Sequence record: SRR31156797_933
Reading direction: 5' to 3' (one strand)
Length of the DNA: 37,062 bases
Shown here: positions 16,798 to 28,062 of the stretch, piece by piece
How positions within the stretch are numbered: position 1 is the stretch's first letter
Layout of the letters: each line of letters starts with the position of its first letter
Notes under the pieces: model-generated
Told to the model about the DNA's origin: nothing
The model's database searches: none
The model's input: the letters and a program-made list of their open reading frames with translations, nothing else
Made by a program: the position numbers and the translations under genes

Positions 16798-16948
16798 TAC
16801 TAATTATTTTATACTAAAAAAAATGCGCTCATGCACTCTTCTAAAATACATAAAATTAGCCAAAACCCAATTGATTTTGTTTAATGATTGGTTAATTTAT
16901 AAAAGCTATTGAAATGAATTGTTTTTTTTTTGAGCTAAGCAGATATAA

Positions 16949-18613
16949 TTAATGGTAATGAAAACTACTACCATGCAAGAATTCTCTAAGAATACTTGTT
17001 GGAGGTATTTCATCATCTGAAATTGGAGTGATGTATTTGAAGAATTTCAGCAATCTGTTGGCCTCAGCATATTCAGGTTGATCTGGATATACTTCCTGAA
17101 GTATGGGTTCTGCATATTTTTTTAATACGCCTAATTCAAAGATAAGTGCAGAATTAAACATGCTGTTAGCCTCTTCCTGGTATGGGAAAATGTTTCGAGC
17201 TTCTCCTCTGGTAACGCTTGGCCAGCGCTTGATGGTATCCGCTGCAGAATATCCACGATATTGGTGATCGCGTACAATTCTGCGTATTAGTCTATTATCA
17301 GTCGTGGGGATTCGATTATGACTATCTAAGCAAAGCGCAGTAAGTGCTGAGACATAGATTTTGTATTTATCGTTATTTGGGATACGTGGTGTTAGCTCAG
17401 GATTTAGTCCATGTATTCCTTCTACAATTAGAAATGAATTTTCATCAAGTTGCAAATAGTCTTCAGCGTAATAGCGTTTACCTTCAGTGAAGCTAAATCT
17501 CGGTAACTCTATTTTTTTACCTTCAAAAAGTTGTAATAATTGTTGGTTGAAAAACTCAATATCAAGTGCACGAATACTTTCAAAATCGTATTCTCCATCT
17601 GCATCTTTTGGTGTGTTTTCTCTATCAACAAAGTAATTATCTAATGAAATTGTAATAGGCTTGAAGCCTAAAACTCTTAGTTGAACTGCAAGTCTTTTTG
17701 AGAAAGTGGTTTTACCGGAAGATGATGGTCCGGAAATTAAAATTAACCTGGGTCTCTTTTCTTTACTATTTATGTCATCGGCAATTTGAGAAAGTTTTTT
17801 CTCTTGCAGAGCTTCATTGACTTTGATAATTTCAGCAACATCTCCATTTAAGGCTGCTTTGTTTAACGCTCCCAGGTCACTCATCCCTATAACCTGAAGC
17901 CAGTTTTTATATTCTTGAAAAATACCAAAAAGCTGGTCCTGTAAAACTATTTCGTTTATTTCATTGGGGTCCGATTGACGCGGTATTTGTAATAACATTC
18001 CATCGTAATATTTATTTAAAGCGAACACCTTTAGATAGCCGGTAGATGGAACAAGAAATCCATAAAAATACTCTGGAAATTCATCGAGGTAATAAATTGA
18101 AGTGTATAATTGTCTGCGTGTTTTGAGTAACCTGGCTTTGTCATCATAACCATTTTTTTCAAAAAGCTCTGCTGCTTCTGTTGTCAGTACTTCTGTTCGT
18201 TTAAATGGCAGATCAGCATCAATAATGAGTTGCATTTTTTCATAAATGGCTGAAACATCGTCAACTGTTAGCTTTTTACCCAAATTCTCAAACTCACAAT
18301 AGTAACCCTTTGAAATACTATGCTCAATTTTTAAACGTGCTTCGGGAAATAATTCTTTAGCAGCTTTAATCAATACGAACGAGATTGATCTAATGTACAT
18401 TCTTTTTCCTGCAGGATCAGTAATATCAATGAAGCGAACAGTTTTTGGTTTGTAGATAAGATAATTTAGTTCCTTCAGTTTATTATTGACAAATGCTCCC
18501 AGAATGGGTTTCTCAGGATGAGGAATTTGGTTTTGAGCAATTTCATGAAGGCTTGTGCCTTGTTTATATTCATTACGCTTACCTGTGTTTTCAACAATTA
18601 TTTCCAGTTTCAT
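16949..18613 (-). CDS. Nucleoside (uridine) kinase with ThrRS-like N-terminal domains
   Basis: GPSSSGKTT P-loop, SLDNYF, IVEGIHGLN, RRIVRD..RG; N-terminus resembles ThrRS TGS/editing region (EHSISKGYYCE). Confidence 0.87.
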   Translation of the reverse strand: MKLEIIVENTGKRNEYKQGTSLHEIAQNQIPHPEKPILGAFVNNKLKELNYLIYKPKTVRFIDITDPAGKRMYIRSISFVLIKAAKELFPEARLKIEHSISKGYYCEFENLGKKLTVDDVSAIYEKMQLIIDADLPFKRTEVLTTEAAELFEKNGYDDKARLLKTRRQLYTSIYYLDEFPEYFYGFLVPSTGYLKVFALNKYYDGMLLQIPRQSDPNEINEIVLQDQLFGIFQEYKNWLQVIGMSDLGALNKAALNGDVAEIIKVNEALQEKKLSQIADDINSKEKRPRLILISGPSSSGKTTFSKRLAVQLRVLGFKPITISLDNYFVDRENTPKDADGEYDFESIRALDIEFFNQQLLQLFEGKKIELPRFSFTEGKRYYAEDYLQLDENSFLIVEGIHGLNPELTPRIPNNDKYKIYVSALTALCLDSHNRIPTTDNRLIRRIVRDHQYRGYSAADTIKRWPSVTRGEARNIFPYQEEANSMFNSALIFELGVLKKYAEPILQEVYPDQPEYAEANRLLKFFKYITPISDDEIPPTSILREFLHGSSFHYH

Positions 18614-18663
18614 GTATTTGGGTTTAAAAAGGATTTAAGTTAGATAAAATTTTGCACTTGCAA

Positions 18664-21510
18664 TTATCTTTTTAGTTCTTCTTCCAAATATTTTGCAGTA
18701 TAGCTTTTTTTGTTTTTAGCTATTTCTTCCGGTGTGCCGGTTGCAATTATTTTTCCTCCACCTCGTCCGCCTTCAGGGCCTATATCAATAATATGGTCAG
18801 CATATTTTATCACATCCATGTTGTGTTCAATCACAATAACGGTATTTCCTTTGTTTACTAGTCTGTCGAGTACGTTTAAAAGGGCTTTAATGTCTTCAAA
18901 ATGAAGTCCGGTTGTAGGTTCGTCTAATATATAAAGTGTTTTCCCTGTATCTTTTTTGGCTAATTCGGCTGCCAGCTTTACGCGTTGTGATTCACCACCG
19001 CTTAATGTTGTAGAGGGTTGACCCAGGGTTACATATCCCAGCCCAACTTGTTGTAATGTTTTCAACTTTCGTTCTATCTTTGGGATATTTTTAAAGAATT
19101 CAACTCCCTGGTTTATAGTCATGTCAAGTACATCAGAAATGCTTTTTCCTTTATATCGCACTTCCAGCGTTTCACGATTGTATCTTCTGCCTTCACAATC
19201 TTTACATTTTACGTGAACATCAGGTAAGAAATTCATTTCAATAATTTCTACACCGGCACCTTTACATGTTTCACAACGCCCACCTTTAACATTAAATGAA
19301 AATCGTCCCGGCTTATATCCTCTAATTTGTGCTTCAGGTAATCGTGTGAATATTTTTCTAATTTCATCGAAAATACCTGTATAGGTAACAGGGTTGGAGC
19401 GAGGCGTTCTGCCCAGAGGACTTTGGTTTACTTCAATAACTTTGTCGATATTCTTAATACCTTCAATATTCTTATAGGATAATGGGTCTTTTACTGATCT
19501 GTAGAAATGACGATTTAATATGGGGTGCAGCGTTTCATTAATTAGTGTTGATTTGCCACTACCACTTACTCCGGTTACGCAAATGAATTTACCAAGAGGA
19601 ATCGTTACATCAACTTTTTTAAGGTTATTTCCTGTTGCACCTTTAAGTTCAATAGTGTTGCCATTTCCTTCACGACGTGTTTTTGGCACTTCGATTCTTT
19701 TCAGATTAGTAAGATAATCTGCCGTGAGACCTCCTGCCTGATTTACCATATCTAAGGTTCCAATACTCACAATATGTCCACCATGTCTTCCTGCTCCTGG
19801 ACCAATGTCTACAATATGGTCAGCTGATTCAATCATTTCCCGATCGTGTTCAACAACAATTACACTGTTTTGGGCATCTCTTAATTGTTTCAAGCTATTG
19901 ATCAACTTAACATTATCACGCTGATGCAATCCAATGCTTGGCTCATCAAGTATATACAGAACATTCACAAGCTGAGAGCCTATTTGTGTTGCCAACCTAA
20001 TGCGTTGGCTTTCTCCTCCGGAGAGTGTTTTTGCACTTCTGTTCAGTGCCAGATAATTTAAACCAACATCAAGTAAAAATCCGAGACGGCTTCTTATTTC
20101 TTTCAATATTTCTTTGGCTATTGATTGTTGCTTAGTTGATAAATGTTCTTCAATACCACTAAACCATTCATGCAATTGATCAATATCCATTGCACTTAGT
20201 TCAGCAATATTCTTGTCGTGGATTTTAAAATATTGTGTTTCTTTTTTTAGTCTACTACCATTACACTCTGGGCAAGTTGATTTTTTTAGGTATTTATCGT
20301 GACCTTTTTTTGATGTTTGCAGGTCATCAGTATCCAATTGTGCCAGGTAATTTACAACTCCGGTGTAAGTGAGCATATAAGATGAACTTCTTCCCAAAGG
20401 TGTATTTTCAATTTTTACATTTTCATTGGTCCCGTAAAGAACTTTATCGATCAATTCATCTGGTAAGTCAATCACTGGATCCTCAATAGAATGGTTGTAT
20501 TTTTTCGCCAGGGCTTCAATTTGCCAAAAAATCAGGCTGCTTTTATATTTCCCAAGAGGAGCAATTGCACCTTTTTTTATACTCAACGATTTGTCTGGTA
20601 TAAGCTTATCTACATCAAACTCACTAACTTCTCCAAGGCCTTTGCAAGTTGGACAAGCTCCTTGCGGTGAATTGAATGAGAATGTATGAGGAGCTGGTTC
20701 ATCGTATGAAATTCCATTTTCCGCATCCATTAAGTACTTAGAGAAAAACTGGGGTTCGTCAGCATCTTTTTCTATTGCCATCATTACACCTTTACCATGG
20801 TTGAGGGCTGTTTTTACAGATTCTTTTAGGCGCTTTTCGGGTGTGTCACCTGGTATAACTTTGTCAATTACTACTTCGATATGATGAATTTTATACCTAT
20901 CTAATTTCATCCCTGCTGTAAGCTCCTTTATTTTTCCATCAATGCGCGCGCTAAGGAATCCTTTGCGACGAATCTGTTCAAAAAGCTCTCTGTAATGTCC
21001 TTTACGACCTCTCACAACGGGTGATAATAGTAGTAGTTTTTTACCCTTAAATCTTTCAATAATTAAGTCAACTATTTGAGCTTCAGTATATCGGGTCATT
21101 TTCTTACCACTTACATGCGAATATGCATCAGATGCACGTGCAAAAAGCAATCGCATGAAGTCATAAATTTCAGTAATAGTACCTACAGTACTTCGCGGAT
21201 TTTTATTCGTAGTTTTTTGTTCAATACTAATAACCGGGCTAAGACCAGTTATTTTATCAACATCTGGTCTTTCTAAACCTCCTAGAAACTGTCTTGCATA
21301 GGCTGAAAAAGTCTCTACATAACGACGTTGACCTTCTGCATAAATTGTATCGAAGGCCAAAGACGATTTTCCACTTCCGCTTAATCCAGTGATAACGGTT
21401 AATTTGTTTCTTGGGATGGTTACATCAATGTTTTTTAGGTTATGAACCCTTGCCCCAAGTACTTCTATGTTTTCAGCGTAATCAGTATCTAGTGTCTTTT
21501 TTTTAGTCAT
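18664..21510 (-). CDS. uvrA: Excinuclease ABC subunit UvrA
   Basis: Two Walker A ([16 protein letters not shown]), LSGGESQR twice, zinc-finger CxxC pairs, LDEPTTGLH. Confidence 0.98.
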   Translation of the reverse strand: MTKKKTLDTDYAENIEVLGARVHNLKNIDVTIPRNKLTVITGLSGSGKSSLAFDTIYAEGQRRYVETFSAYARQFLGGLERPDVDKITGLSPVISIEQKTTNKNPRSTVGTITEIYDFMRLLFARASDAYSHVSGKKMTRYTEAQIVDLIIERFKGKKLLLLSPVVRGRKGHYRELFEQIRRKGFLSARIDGKIKELTAGMKLDRYKIHHIEVVIDKVIPGDTPEKRLKESVKTALNHGKGVMMAIEKDADEPQFFSKYLMDAENGISYDEPAPHTFSFNSPQGACPTCKGLGEVSEFDVDKLIPDKSLSIKKGAIAPLGKYKSSLIFWQIEALAKKYNHSIEDPVIDLPDELIDKVLYGTNENVKIENTPLGRSSSYMLTYTGVVNYLAQLDTDDLQTSKKGHDKYLKKSTCPECNGSRLKKETQYFKIHDKNIAELSAMDIDQLHEWFSGIEEHLSTKQQSIAKEILKEIRSRLGFLLDVGLNYLALNRSAKTLSGGESQRIRLATQIGSQLVNVLYILDEPSIGLHQRDNVKLINSLKQLRDAQNSVIVVEHDREMIESADHIVDIGPGAGRHGGHIVSIGTLDMVNQAGGLTADYLTNLKRIEVPKTRREGNGNTIELKGATGNNLKKVDVTIPLGKFICVTGVSGSGKSTLINETLHPILNRHFYRSVKDPLSYKNIEGIKNIDKVIEVNQSPLGRTPRSNPVTYTGIFDEIRKIFTRLPEAQIRGYKPGRFSFNVKGGRCETCKGAGVEIIEMNFLPDVHVKCKDCEGRRYNRETLEVRYKGKSISDVLDMTINQGVEFFKNIPKIERKLKTLQQVGLGYVTLGQPSTTLSGGESQRVKLAAELAKKDTGKTLYILDEPTTGLHFEDIKALLNVLDRLVNKGNTVIVIEHNMDVIKYADHIIDIGPEGGRGGGKIIATGTPEEIAKNKKSYTAKYLEEELKR

Positions 21511-21512
21511 GT

Positions 21513-22457
21513 TTAGTAACTCAAATGATTGTATTGATGACGGAAATGTTTTTTAGGGATTTTAATTTGATATGTTTTACCTTTTTTATTGGTTAGATAA
21601 TTTTCTCTTAGCCATGGATTAAATTCTTTGAGCATTCTATAAGAAATACCATGTTCCTTAGCAAATAAAGCTAGATCTTCTATTGAGTGATTGACTTCCA
21701 CTGTGTATGTGTCAATTTCTTGATAAAGGTCGTTCTCAGATAAATTGAAATCAAAGTCATCAGGGTTTTCCATAATAATTTTCAATGCTATTAAGCGAAA
21801 AACATACCTTTCTGTTTCTTCCGGCAATAAAAGATCGTAATAGTTTGTGCAATGTTGACGCTCAATTTGTTTGCTAATGCTTGTTCGACCATAGTTATAA
21901 GCGGCGGCAGCCATAGCCCAACTTCCAAATTTCTCATAATTCCATTTCATGTATTTACTAGCAGCTCTTGTGGCTTTTTCAAGATTATATCTTTCGTCCA
22001 CTTCTTTATTCACTTCCAGATTAAAATCTCTGGCAGAGCCTTTCAAAAATTGCCAAAATCCTGCTGCTTTGCTTGGTGATACTACATTAGCTAAACCACT
22101 TTCAGCTACTGCAATATATTTTAAATCTTCAGGAACACCTTCTTCTTTAAGTATTTTCTCGATAACCGGAAAATAGCGATTGGCTTTTTTTATCAGAACA
22201 AAAGTGCTTGAATGCCAGAACTTATTGACTAATAATTCTCTATCGAGTCTTTCCCGCACATCATAATATTTGATAGGTACTTCTTCTCCGGCAAAATACA
22301 GATTTGAAGGTATTTTAGCTGGTTTAAATACATCTATCTTGATTTGATGTGTTTCTTTTTTTACTTTTTTTATTTTGGAGTCTCCGATAGAAACTTTCAA
22401 AAGCCATAATACACCTGCTAAAATTAACAGCGTGATTACTACTATTTTAATTCTCAT
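21513..22457 (-). CDS. Lytic transglycosylase (SLT domain, MltD-like)
   Basis: AVAESG catalytic Glu, AAGFWQF, AAAYNYG, LPEETERYV. Confidence 0.92.
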   Translation of the reverse strand: MRIKIVVITLLILAGVLWLLKVSIGDSKIKKVKKETHQIKIDVFKPAKIPSNLYFAGEEVPIKYYDVRERLDRELLVNKFWHSSTFVLIKKANRYFPVIEKILKEEGVPEDLKYIAVAESGLANVVSPSKAAGFWQFLKGSARDFNLEVNKEVDERYNLEKATRAASKYMKWNYEKFGSWAMAAAAYNYGRTSISKQIERQHCTNYYDLLLPEETERYVFRLIALKIIMENPDDFDFNLSENDLYQEIDTYTVEVNHSIEDLALFAKEHGISYRMLKEFNPWLRENYLTNKKGKTYQIKIPKKHFRHQYNHLSY

Positions 22458-22463
22458 TGAATG

Positions 22464-23528
22464 CTACTTATTGGGTTTTACAATTCTGGTTAACGAATAT
22501 AGACTGATAAATACAGCTATTGGATATAAAGAAAACATAAGAAGGGTTGTAATGTTTGGATTAGGATAATATCGAACTAATATCAGTGCCAAGATTCCTG
22601 AAATCAGTGATCCAATGATAAATACCATAGCTACTTTCCGGTCAGTGAGGCCTGCATAAGACAAATGGTGTGTTGTGTGATCTTTTCCACCTACAAAAGG
22701 CGATTTGCCTTGTAGCAGTCTGTTTATACTGACAGTTAAAGTGTCTGTTAATGGCATTGCAAATACTATTGCAACTGAAACTAGTTTGTAGAGTGCTGGA
22801 TTATCATACCCGGGAACATCCTGATTCCATAAGAATAGAATACTAAAAATAGCTAAAGCTGCACCCAGAAATTGTGACCCATTATCGCCCATATACATTT
22901 TTGATGGATTCCAATTGAAAATAAGGAAGCTGCCAAGTCCAGCATATATTGAACCAAGTATCATGATATGATACCAAATATTAGCCGGAGCTGCAAGTAT
23001 AGCAAAGGCCCCGATAATTATTGTGATTATTAATCCGGTAGATGTTGTAATGGCATCCATATTATCGAGCATATTAATAGAATTCATAATGCCAACCACC
23101 CAAAAGACCGTTAGTAGATAATTTAGCGTATTGTCATTGAAAATATTAATATGAATGCCAAAATATATTAAGATTAACGCTACACCAAGCTGCATTCCAA
23201 ATTTGAAAAGGGGAGAGGTATTTAGTATGTCATCAGCAAGTCCCATCAAGAAAGAAATGGTTACTGTTAGAATAATAGCAATGCTGGTTTCAGAGGCGAC
23301 AATGCTACTATCAAAAAATAAAATGTAGTTAATCAACCCAAAAATAAAAAGACTGAAAAATGTAATTCCTCCAAATATTGGTTTGGATTGCTGTTCCCAT
23401 CTAATTGCAGAAGTATTTGATTTATGTAAATTATACTTTTTTGAACGGCTAATCAGGTATTTATGGATTAAAAATCCAATGATAAAAGTGTACACAAAAT
23501 ATAAGATGATTAAAATAGTATTTTCCAT
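22464..23528 (-). CDS. wecA: MraY/WecA-family undecaprenyl-phosphate GlcNAc-1-phosphate transferase
   Basis: P..GG, GLADD, NSINMLDNMD, FNWNPSKMYMGDNGS, KDHTTHHL; multi-TM. Confidence 0.88.
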   Translation of the reverse strand: MENTILIILYFVYTFIIGFLIHKYLISRSKKYNLHKSNTSAIRWEQQSKPIFGGITFFSLFIFGLINYILFFDSSIVASETSIAIILTVTISFLMGLADDILNTSPLFKFGMQLGVALILIYFGIHINIFNDNTLNYLLTVFWVVGIMNSINMLDNMDAITTSTGLIITIIIGAFAILAAPANIWYHIMILGSIYAGLGSFLIFNWNPSKMYMGDNGSQFLGAALAIFSILFLWNQDVPGYDNPALYKLVSVAIVFAMPLTDTLTVSINRLLQGKSPFVGGKDHTTHHLSYAGLTDRKVAMVFIIGSLISGILALILVRYYPNPNITTLLMFSLYPIAVFISLYSLTRIVKPNK

Positions 23529-23545
23529 AACGCAATAAATCTCAT

Positions 23546-25951
23546 TTACTTCTTAAATATTTTTTTCTTGAATATTCTCCCATTTCCTTCATTCTCATCT
23601 GAATAGTATCCATATCCATAACCGTAACCATAACCATATCCGTATCCGTATCCATATCTTCTTTTGGCAAGATCAACAGCATTTAATACAATGGAGAGAT
23701 TCTCAAGTTTTTTATCGTCAATTAGTGAGTTGACATTTTCTAGGAAGTTGCGCTTAGATACTCCTGATTTTAATACATATATTGGGTAATTAGCTCTTTG
23801 CAGATTTACAAGGGCATCAGTTACAATTCCAATTGGTGGTGTATCAATAATAATTACGTCATAGATTTCTTCCAGCTCCTCAATGAGATCATCCATCTTT
23901 TTACTGAAAACTAGTTCTGCCGGGTTGGGAGGAACTGGTCCTGCAGTGATAAAGTCCAGATTGTCTTGTTCTGAATGATGTATACACTCTTTGTAACTAT
24001 GTTTTTCAATCAGAATAGTGCTCATTCCTTTGTCATTAGGGACATCAAAACCAAGATGCAATCTGGGTTTACGCAGATCCATATCTAAAATGATGGCTTT
24101 CTTTCCGGAAATAGCCTGGATTCCAGCCAAATTGATTGCCAGAAATGTTTTACCTTCTCCTGAAATAGTTGAAGTTACTGTAATTACATTTGTTCCGGCA
24201 CCGGGTGATAAAAATTGCAGGTTAGATCGAATATTTCTAAATGCCTCTGTAAACATAGAGTTAGGCTTTGCATTTACCAGCAATTGAGAAATAGGTACTT
24301 TCTTTTTGTAAGCTGGGATAACTCCAATAACAGGACTTTTAGTATAACTTTTTATCATGTTAATGGAGGTTATTTCATTGAAAAGCAGATATCTGGCGAA
24401 AATTAAAATGACATATAGCACAAAGCCTAATGCCACACTGCCTAGTAGAATTTGCTTTTTGTTTGGTGAAATAGATTGTAATTTATCATTTGCCTTTTCA
24501 AGAATCTCATTTTCAGTAACATAGCCCGCCTGGGAAATCATATATTCAGCTTTTTTCTGTATCAGTTGGTTATAAAATCCCTCATTGATTGCATGTAGTC
24601 TTTGTAGCCTTGCATATTCTAACTTATCAAAAGAATCTTCTTCAAATAATTTGTTTTCATATTCTTCTGTTTTCCTTTGATATTCTTCCTGTTTTTCTTT
24701 TAACCGGTTTAGGTTGTTATTTACAAAATCAACAATCAGTTTCTTTTGGTTATTGATCTGATTATCAATAATTTTTATACGCAAGTTGTTTTCGGTAACA
24801 TCATTGAGTAATTGATTTTTCTCATTGATGAGTTGTTGTAAATTTGAAAGAATATTAACCAGTACTTTTTCACTGCTAGTTCCGGCAAGGGTGGCAATGA
24901 GTTCGTAGACATTTAACTGTCCCTGACTTTCTAACTGTTTGTTAACATTTTCAAGGGTAAATATTTCAAAATCAAGCCTTGTGATTTGTTCTCCAAATTC
25001 TTCTATTTTGCTGGTGAATAGTGGAAAAGGTGATCTTTCAATTGTTTCACTTGGAATATTGTTTTCTTTTTTAAACTGTTGTAGTTTATTTTCAGTTTCG
25101 TCCAGGGTTTGATATACGCTTTTAAGTTGTCTTTCAATAAATTCAAGTATATTTTCTACACTTTCCCTCTTTTTTTCTACATCAAAAACCTGGAATTCAC
25201 TTGCAATGGTATTAACTACATCAGCTGCTTGCTGACTGTTGTTGCTTTTGTAGGTGATTTCTATTGAATTGGAACTACTGTTTTGAAGTCTGATGGTAAG
25301 TTTATCTTCGTGTTCTTTGTAAATTTGGTCAATATTAGAAATAATGAAATAGTAGCTATTTTGACTTTCTTGTTCATACATTGACCGAATAGAAGTATAA
25401 TTGTTGATATCAACCTGACATTTAAAATATTTTAGGTCAACCCATTCTTTTGTTAGGATCTTTTGAGCTATTTTTTCGCCTCTAATCTCAAATTCAATTT
25501 CTGCTTGTGATTCATCTATAAAGTTAATGTGTATTGGAATGCCATATATTGATGAATGATCAACTTCATAATTAACTGTGTATGGTGAGTTTTTATAAGT
25601 TTCAGTACTTAGAAAAGCACCTTCTACATAATATCTGATTTCAAAAGGTAATTTACTGAAGGTCCTTTTAAGAAATTCTTTCGATCTGATTAAAGCTATT
25701 GTTTTGCTTAATTTTTTATTGTCTTCATAAAGGTTTTCTAATTGAAAAACCTGTGTGTTTTTTTTATCTTCCTGAATTTGTAATACAGATTTTGCTTCAT
25801 ATACAGGTGAAGTATATCTTATTTTTAAAAATCCACCACCTACAGCAAAAATCATGATTACAATTCCAATCCAAAATGACCTTATGAAGATTCTTTTGAA
25901 CGTAATTAGATCAAATGTATCATTGATGATTGGTATTTTAGTTTTTTGCAT
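23546..25951 (-). CDS. wzc: Polysaccharide co-polymerase / tyrosine autokinase
   Basis: Two TMs flanking a coiled-coil domain, EAFRNIRSNL, SGEGKT, DMDLRKP, IIIDTPP, C-terminal Tyr cluster. Confidence 0.94.
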   Translation of the reverse strand: MQKTKIPIINDTFDLITFKRIFIRSFWIGIVIMIFAVGGGFLKIRYTSPVYEAKSVLQIQEDKKNTQVFQLENLYEDNKKLSKTIALIRSKEFLKRTFSKLPFEIRYYVEGAFLSTETYKNSPYTVNYEVDHSSIYGIPIHINFIDESQAEIEFEIRGEKIAQKILTKEWVDLKYFKCQVDINNYTSIRSMYEQESQNSYYFIISNIDQIYKEHEDKLTIRLQNSSSNSIEITYKSNNSQQAADVVNTIASEFQVFDVEKKRESVENILEFIERQLKSVYQTLDETENKLQQFKKENNIPSETIERSPFPLFTSKIEEFGEQITRLDFEIFTLENVNKQLESQGQLNVYELIATLAGTSSEKVLVNILSNLQQLINEKNQLLNDVTENNLRIKIIDNQINNQKKLIVDFVNNNLNRLKEKQEEYQRKTEEYENKLFEEDSFDKLEYARLQRLHAINEGFYNQLIQKKAEYMISQAGYVTENEILEKANDKLQSISPNKKQILLGSVALGFVLYVILIFARYLLFNEITSINMIKSYTKSPVIGVIPAYKKKVPISQLLVNAKPNSMFTEAFRNIRSNLQFLSPGAGTNVITVTSTISGEGKTFLAINLAGIQAISGKKAIILDMDLRKPRLHLGFDVPNDKGMSTILIEKHSYKECIHHSEQDNLDFITAGPVPPNPAELVFSKKMDDLIEELEEIYDVIIIDTPPIGIVTDALVNLQRANYPIYVLKSGVSKRNFLENVNSLIDDKKLENLSIVLNAVDLAKRRYGYGYGYGYGYGYGYGYYSDENEGNGRIFKKKIFKK
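23603..23656 (-). repeat. 6-bp coding repeat encoding (YG)8-YY tyrosine cluster of Wzc
   Basis: tat/tac-gga/ggt codon pairs x8 followed by tac tat on the minus strand. Confidence 0.9.
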
Positions 25952-25952
25952 T

Positions 25953-26711
25953 TTAGAATAAATTATAGATCAGCAAAGTCGTAGTTAGTAACGTGAGATA
26001 AGGTGTCATTTCTATTAATAGCCTTTTTGCATATCTAGGCCGCGTGTCTATATAAATTATATCATTTGCCTGGAGTTGTAAGTTTGTTCCTCTTAATTCC
26101 TCAAGCGATGCAACGTTATATTTAAAAACTTCCGGATTTTTTGATACATCTCCCCGAATAAGTTTTACTTTGTATGCTTTATCGCCATCAGGTATGCCGC
26201 CACTCATAGCTAAGGCTTCAATTAGCGTAAGCCTGTCTTCAGGAATATTTATAACAGAGCCTTTTTCACCACCACTCTTGAAAATGTATACTTTACGATT
26301 GATGATTCTTAAAAGTATAAATGGATTATTGTAGAACTCAGTGTATTTGCTTTCAAGTAATTTTTCTGCTTCACGGATTGTTAGATCACTAACTTTTATT
26401 CTTCCCAATACCGGTATTTTTACAAAGCCATCATATTCAACGAGATATTCGATTTCTTGTTTTAGATTTTGCGTATTGCCGGTTTTTTCTCCAATATTAA
26501 TCAGAATGTTACCATCATTTGTAGTAATGCTCAAACCAATGATATCATATGCCTGGATACGATATTCTTTTTCAACTTCTGGTTTGAATTCATTGTATTG
26601 AAAGTCTTTTTCGGTTTCAAACATTTTATTGGGTTGCAAAATAGAACACGATTGCAGCACAATTAAAAAGATAATTGAAATAGATAAAAATAGCTTTGAC
26701 TGAATTCTCAT
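25953..26711 (-). CDS. wza: Polysaccharide export outer-membrane lipoprotein
   Basis: LQSC lipobox, DGFVKIPVLG, LTLIEALAMSGG (SLBB), LQANDIIYI; start at 26711 or 26723. Confidence 0.9.
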   Translation of the reverse strand: MRIQSKLFLSISIIFLIVLQSCSILQPNKMFETEKDFQYNEFKPEVEKEYRIQAYDIIGLSITTNDGNILINIGEKTGNTQNLKQEIEYLVEYDGFVKIPVLGRIKVSDLTIREAEKLLESKYTEFYNNPFILLRIINRKVYIFKSGGEKGSVINIPEDRLTLIEALAMSGGIPDGDKAYKVKLIRGDVSKNPEVFKYNVASLEELRGTNLQLQANDIIYIDTRPRYAKRLLIEMTPYLTLLTTTLLIYNLF

Positions 26712-26733
26712 ATTTCCACACATTATTAACTCT

Positions 26734-26741
26734 CAAAGATA
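26734..26741 (-). promoter_or_regulatory. Bacteroidota -7 box (TATCTTTG) for the wza-wzc-wecA unit
   Basis: caaagata on plus strand just upstream of wza. Confidence 0.65.
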
Positions 26742-26848
26742 TATTATTTTGTGCAGTTAGTCTAATTCTAAGTCAATGCAGATGTAAATCTTAACCGAAA
26801 ATTCAGGTTTTTAATCAAAAAAAGTTAATACTGTTAAAAAAATAGAGA

Positions 26849-28051
26849 TCAGTGTGCTAATTCTTTTTTCAATAATTTTTCATAAAGTTTAGCCGTATCA
26901 TCAACCAAACGATTGTAGCTGAATTGTCCGTTGATGCTTTTCTTTGCTTCAATTGACATTTTACTTCTGAGCATATTGTCAGAAGTGAGTTTTTGAAGTC
27001 CTTTAGAAAATTCCAAAATGTTGTCTGAAGGAACTAATAACCCTGTTTTTTTATCTGTTACAACATCCTCTATGCCACCTACTTTGGTTGATACAACAGG
27101 CTTTCCTGCGGCTAATGCTTCTATTAAGCTTACCGGAGTTCCTTCATTGAATGATGTAAGTGCGGCCAGTTCAGAACCAGCATACACTTCATCAACATCT
27201 CGCAGCCATGAGGTGAATATAACATCAGCTTCCTGATCATTTTGATCAATAGTTCTTGTTTTTAATCCTAAATACTCGCAATGCTTGGTTAAGGCTTCTC
27301 TTAATTCACCATCACCCACTATGAGGGCTTTGATGTTTTTATTACATTTTTTCTTAAGTTTCGCGATACTTTCAATAAATAGTTTGTGGTTTTTAACTGG
27401 AACAAGTCGACCAACAATACTTATTACGAAATCGTCATCTTTTAAATTCCACTTATGCCTAAATTCAGCTCTTTTATCTGATAGATCTTCTCTAAAACGC
27501 GATAAGTCAAATCCTAAAGGAATAACTTCAAATTTACTTCTGGGTGCAATTTTAAATTCGTCAGCTAATTCTTTCTTTTGCGTATTACTAATGGCAATGA
27601 TTTTTGTGCTTTTGCTTGCCAGATATTGTTCAATTTTTTTAAATATTGAAGTTTTAGCACCACCAAAATAAGAATGGAATACATGTCCGTGAAATGTATG
27701 AACTATAACAGGAACTTTTTGCGAAATAGCTGCTAATCGTCCTAATGTGCCTGCTTTGGAGGCATGGGTATGAACTATGTCCGGATTAAATTCTTTTATA
27801 ATCTCCTTTATCTTTAAATATGCCTTTCGGTCATTTAGAGGGTTTAAAGATCTTTGCATTTCTGGTATAATGGTCGCTTTCACCCCAAGTTGATCGAGAA
27901 TAAAAGTTGAATTTGCTTCACTTTCTAAAGAAACGCCACCAATTAACTTGGTTTCAAATCCTTTCTCCTCCATATACTTGGTCAAGTAGGCTGCATTGTA
28001 GGTTGGTCCCCCTAAATTGAATCGATTAATAATTCGTAATACTTTAGGCAT
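26849..28051 (-). CDS. Glycosyltransferase family 4
   Basis: KVLRIINRFNLGGP, VHTHASKAG, HTFHGH, TSFNEGTPVSLIEA; start reset to ATG 28051 to avoid overlap with asnB. Confidence 0.93.
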   Translation of the reverse strand: MPKVLRIINRFNLGGPTYNAAYLTKYMEEKGFETKLIGGVSLESEANSTFILDQLGVKATIIPEMQRSLNPLNDRKAYLKIKEIIKEFNPDIVHTHASKAGTLGRLAAISQKVPVIVHTFHGHVFHSYFGGAKTSIFKKIEQYLASKSTKIIAISNTQKKELADEFKIAPRSKFEVIPLGFDLSRFREDLSDKRAEFRHKWNLKDDDFVISIVGRLVPVKNHKLFIESIAKLKKKCNKNIKALIVGDGELREALTKHCEYLGLKTRTIDQNDQEADVIFTSWLRDVDEVYAGSELAALTSFNEGTPVSLIEALAAGKPVVSTKVGGIEDVVTDKKTGLLVPSDNILEFSKGLQKLTSDNMLRSKMSIEAKKSINGQFSYNRLVDDTAKLYEKLLKKELAH

Positions 28052-28062
28052 AGTGTTGGTTT

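Noticed and set aside
16949-18613. ThrRS-like domain fused to uridine kinase as a novel fusion
   Set aside because: Known widespread architecture in Bacteroidota and Firmicutes
23603-23656. Hexamer repeat as a phase-variation tract
   Set aside because: In-frame, with synonymous codon variation, encoding the normal Wzc tyrosine cluster
26790-26840. GTTAA direct repeats and weak hairpin upstream of wza
   Set aside because: Short, AT-rich and expected by chance; no ops-like or invertible-promoter repeats recognised
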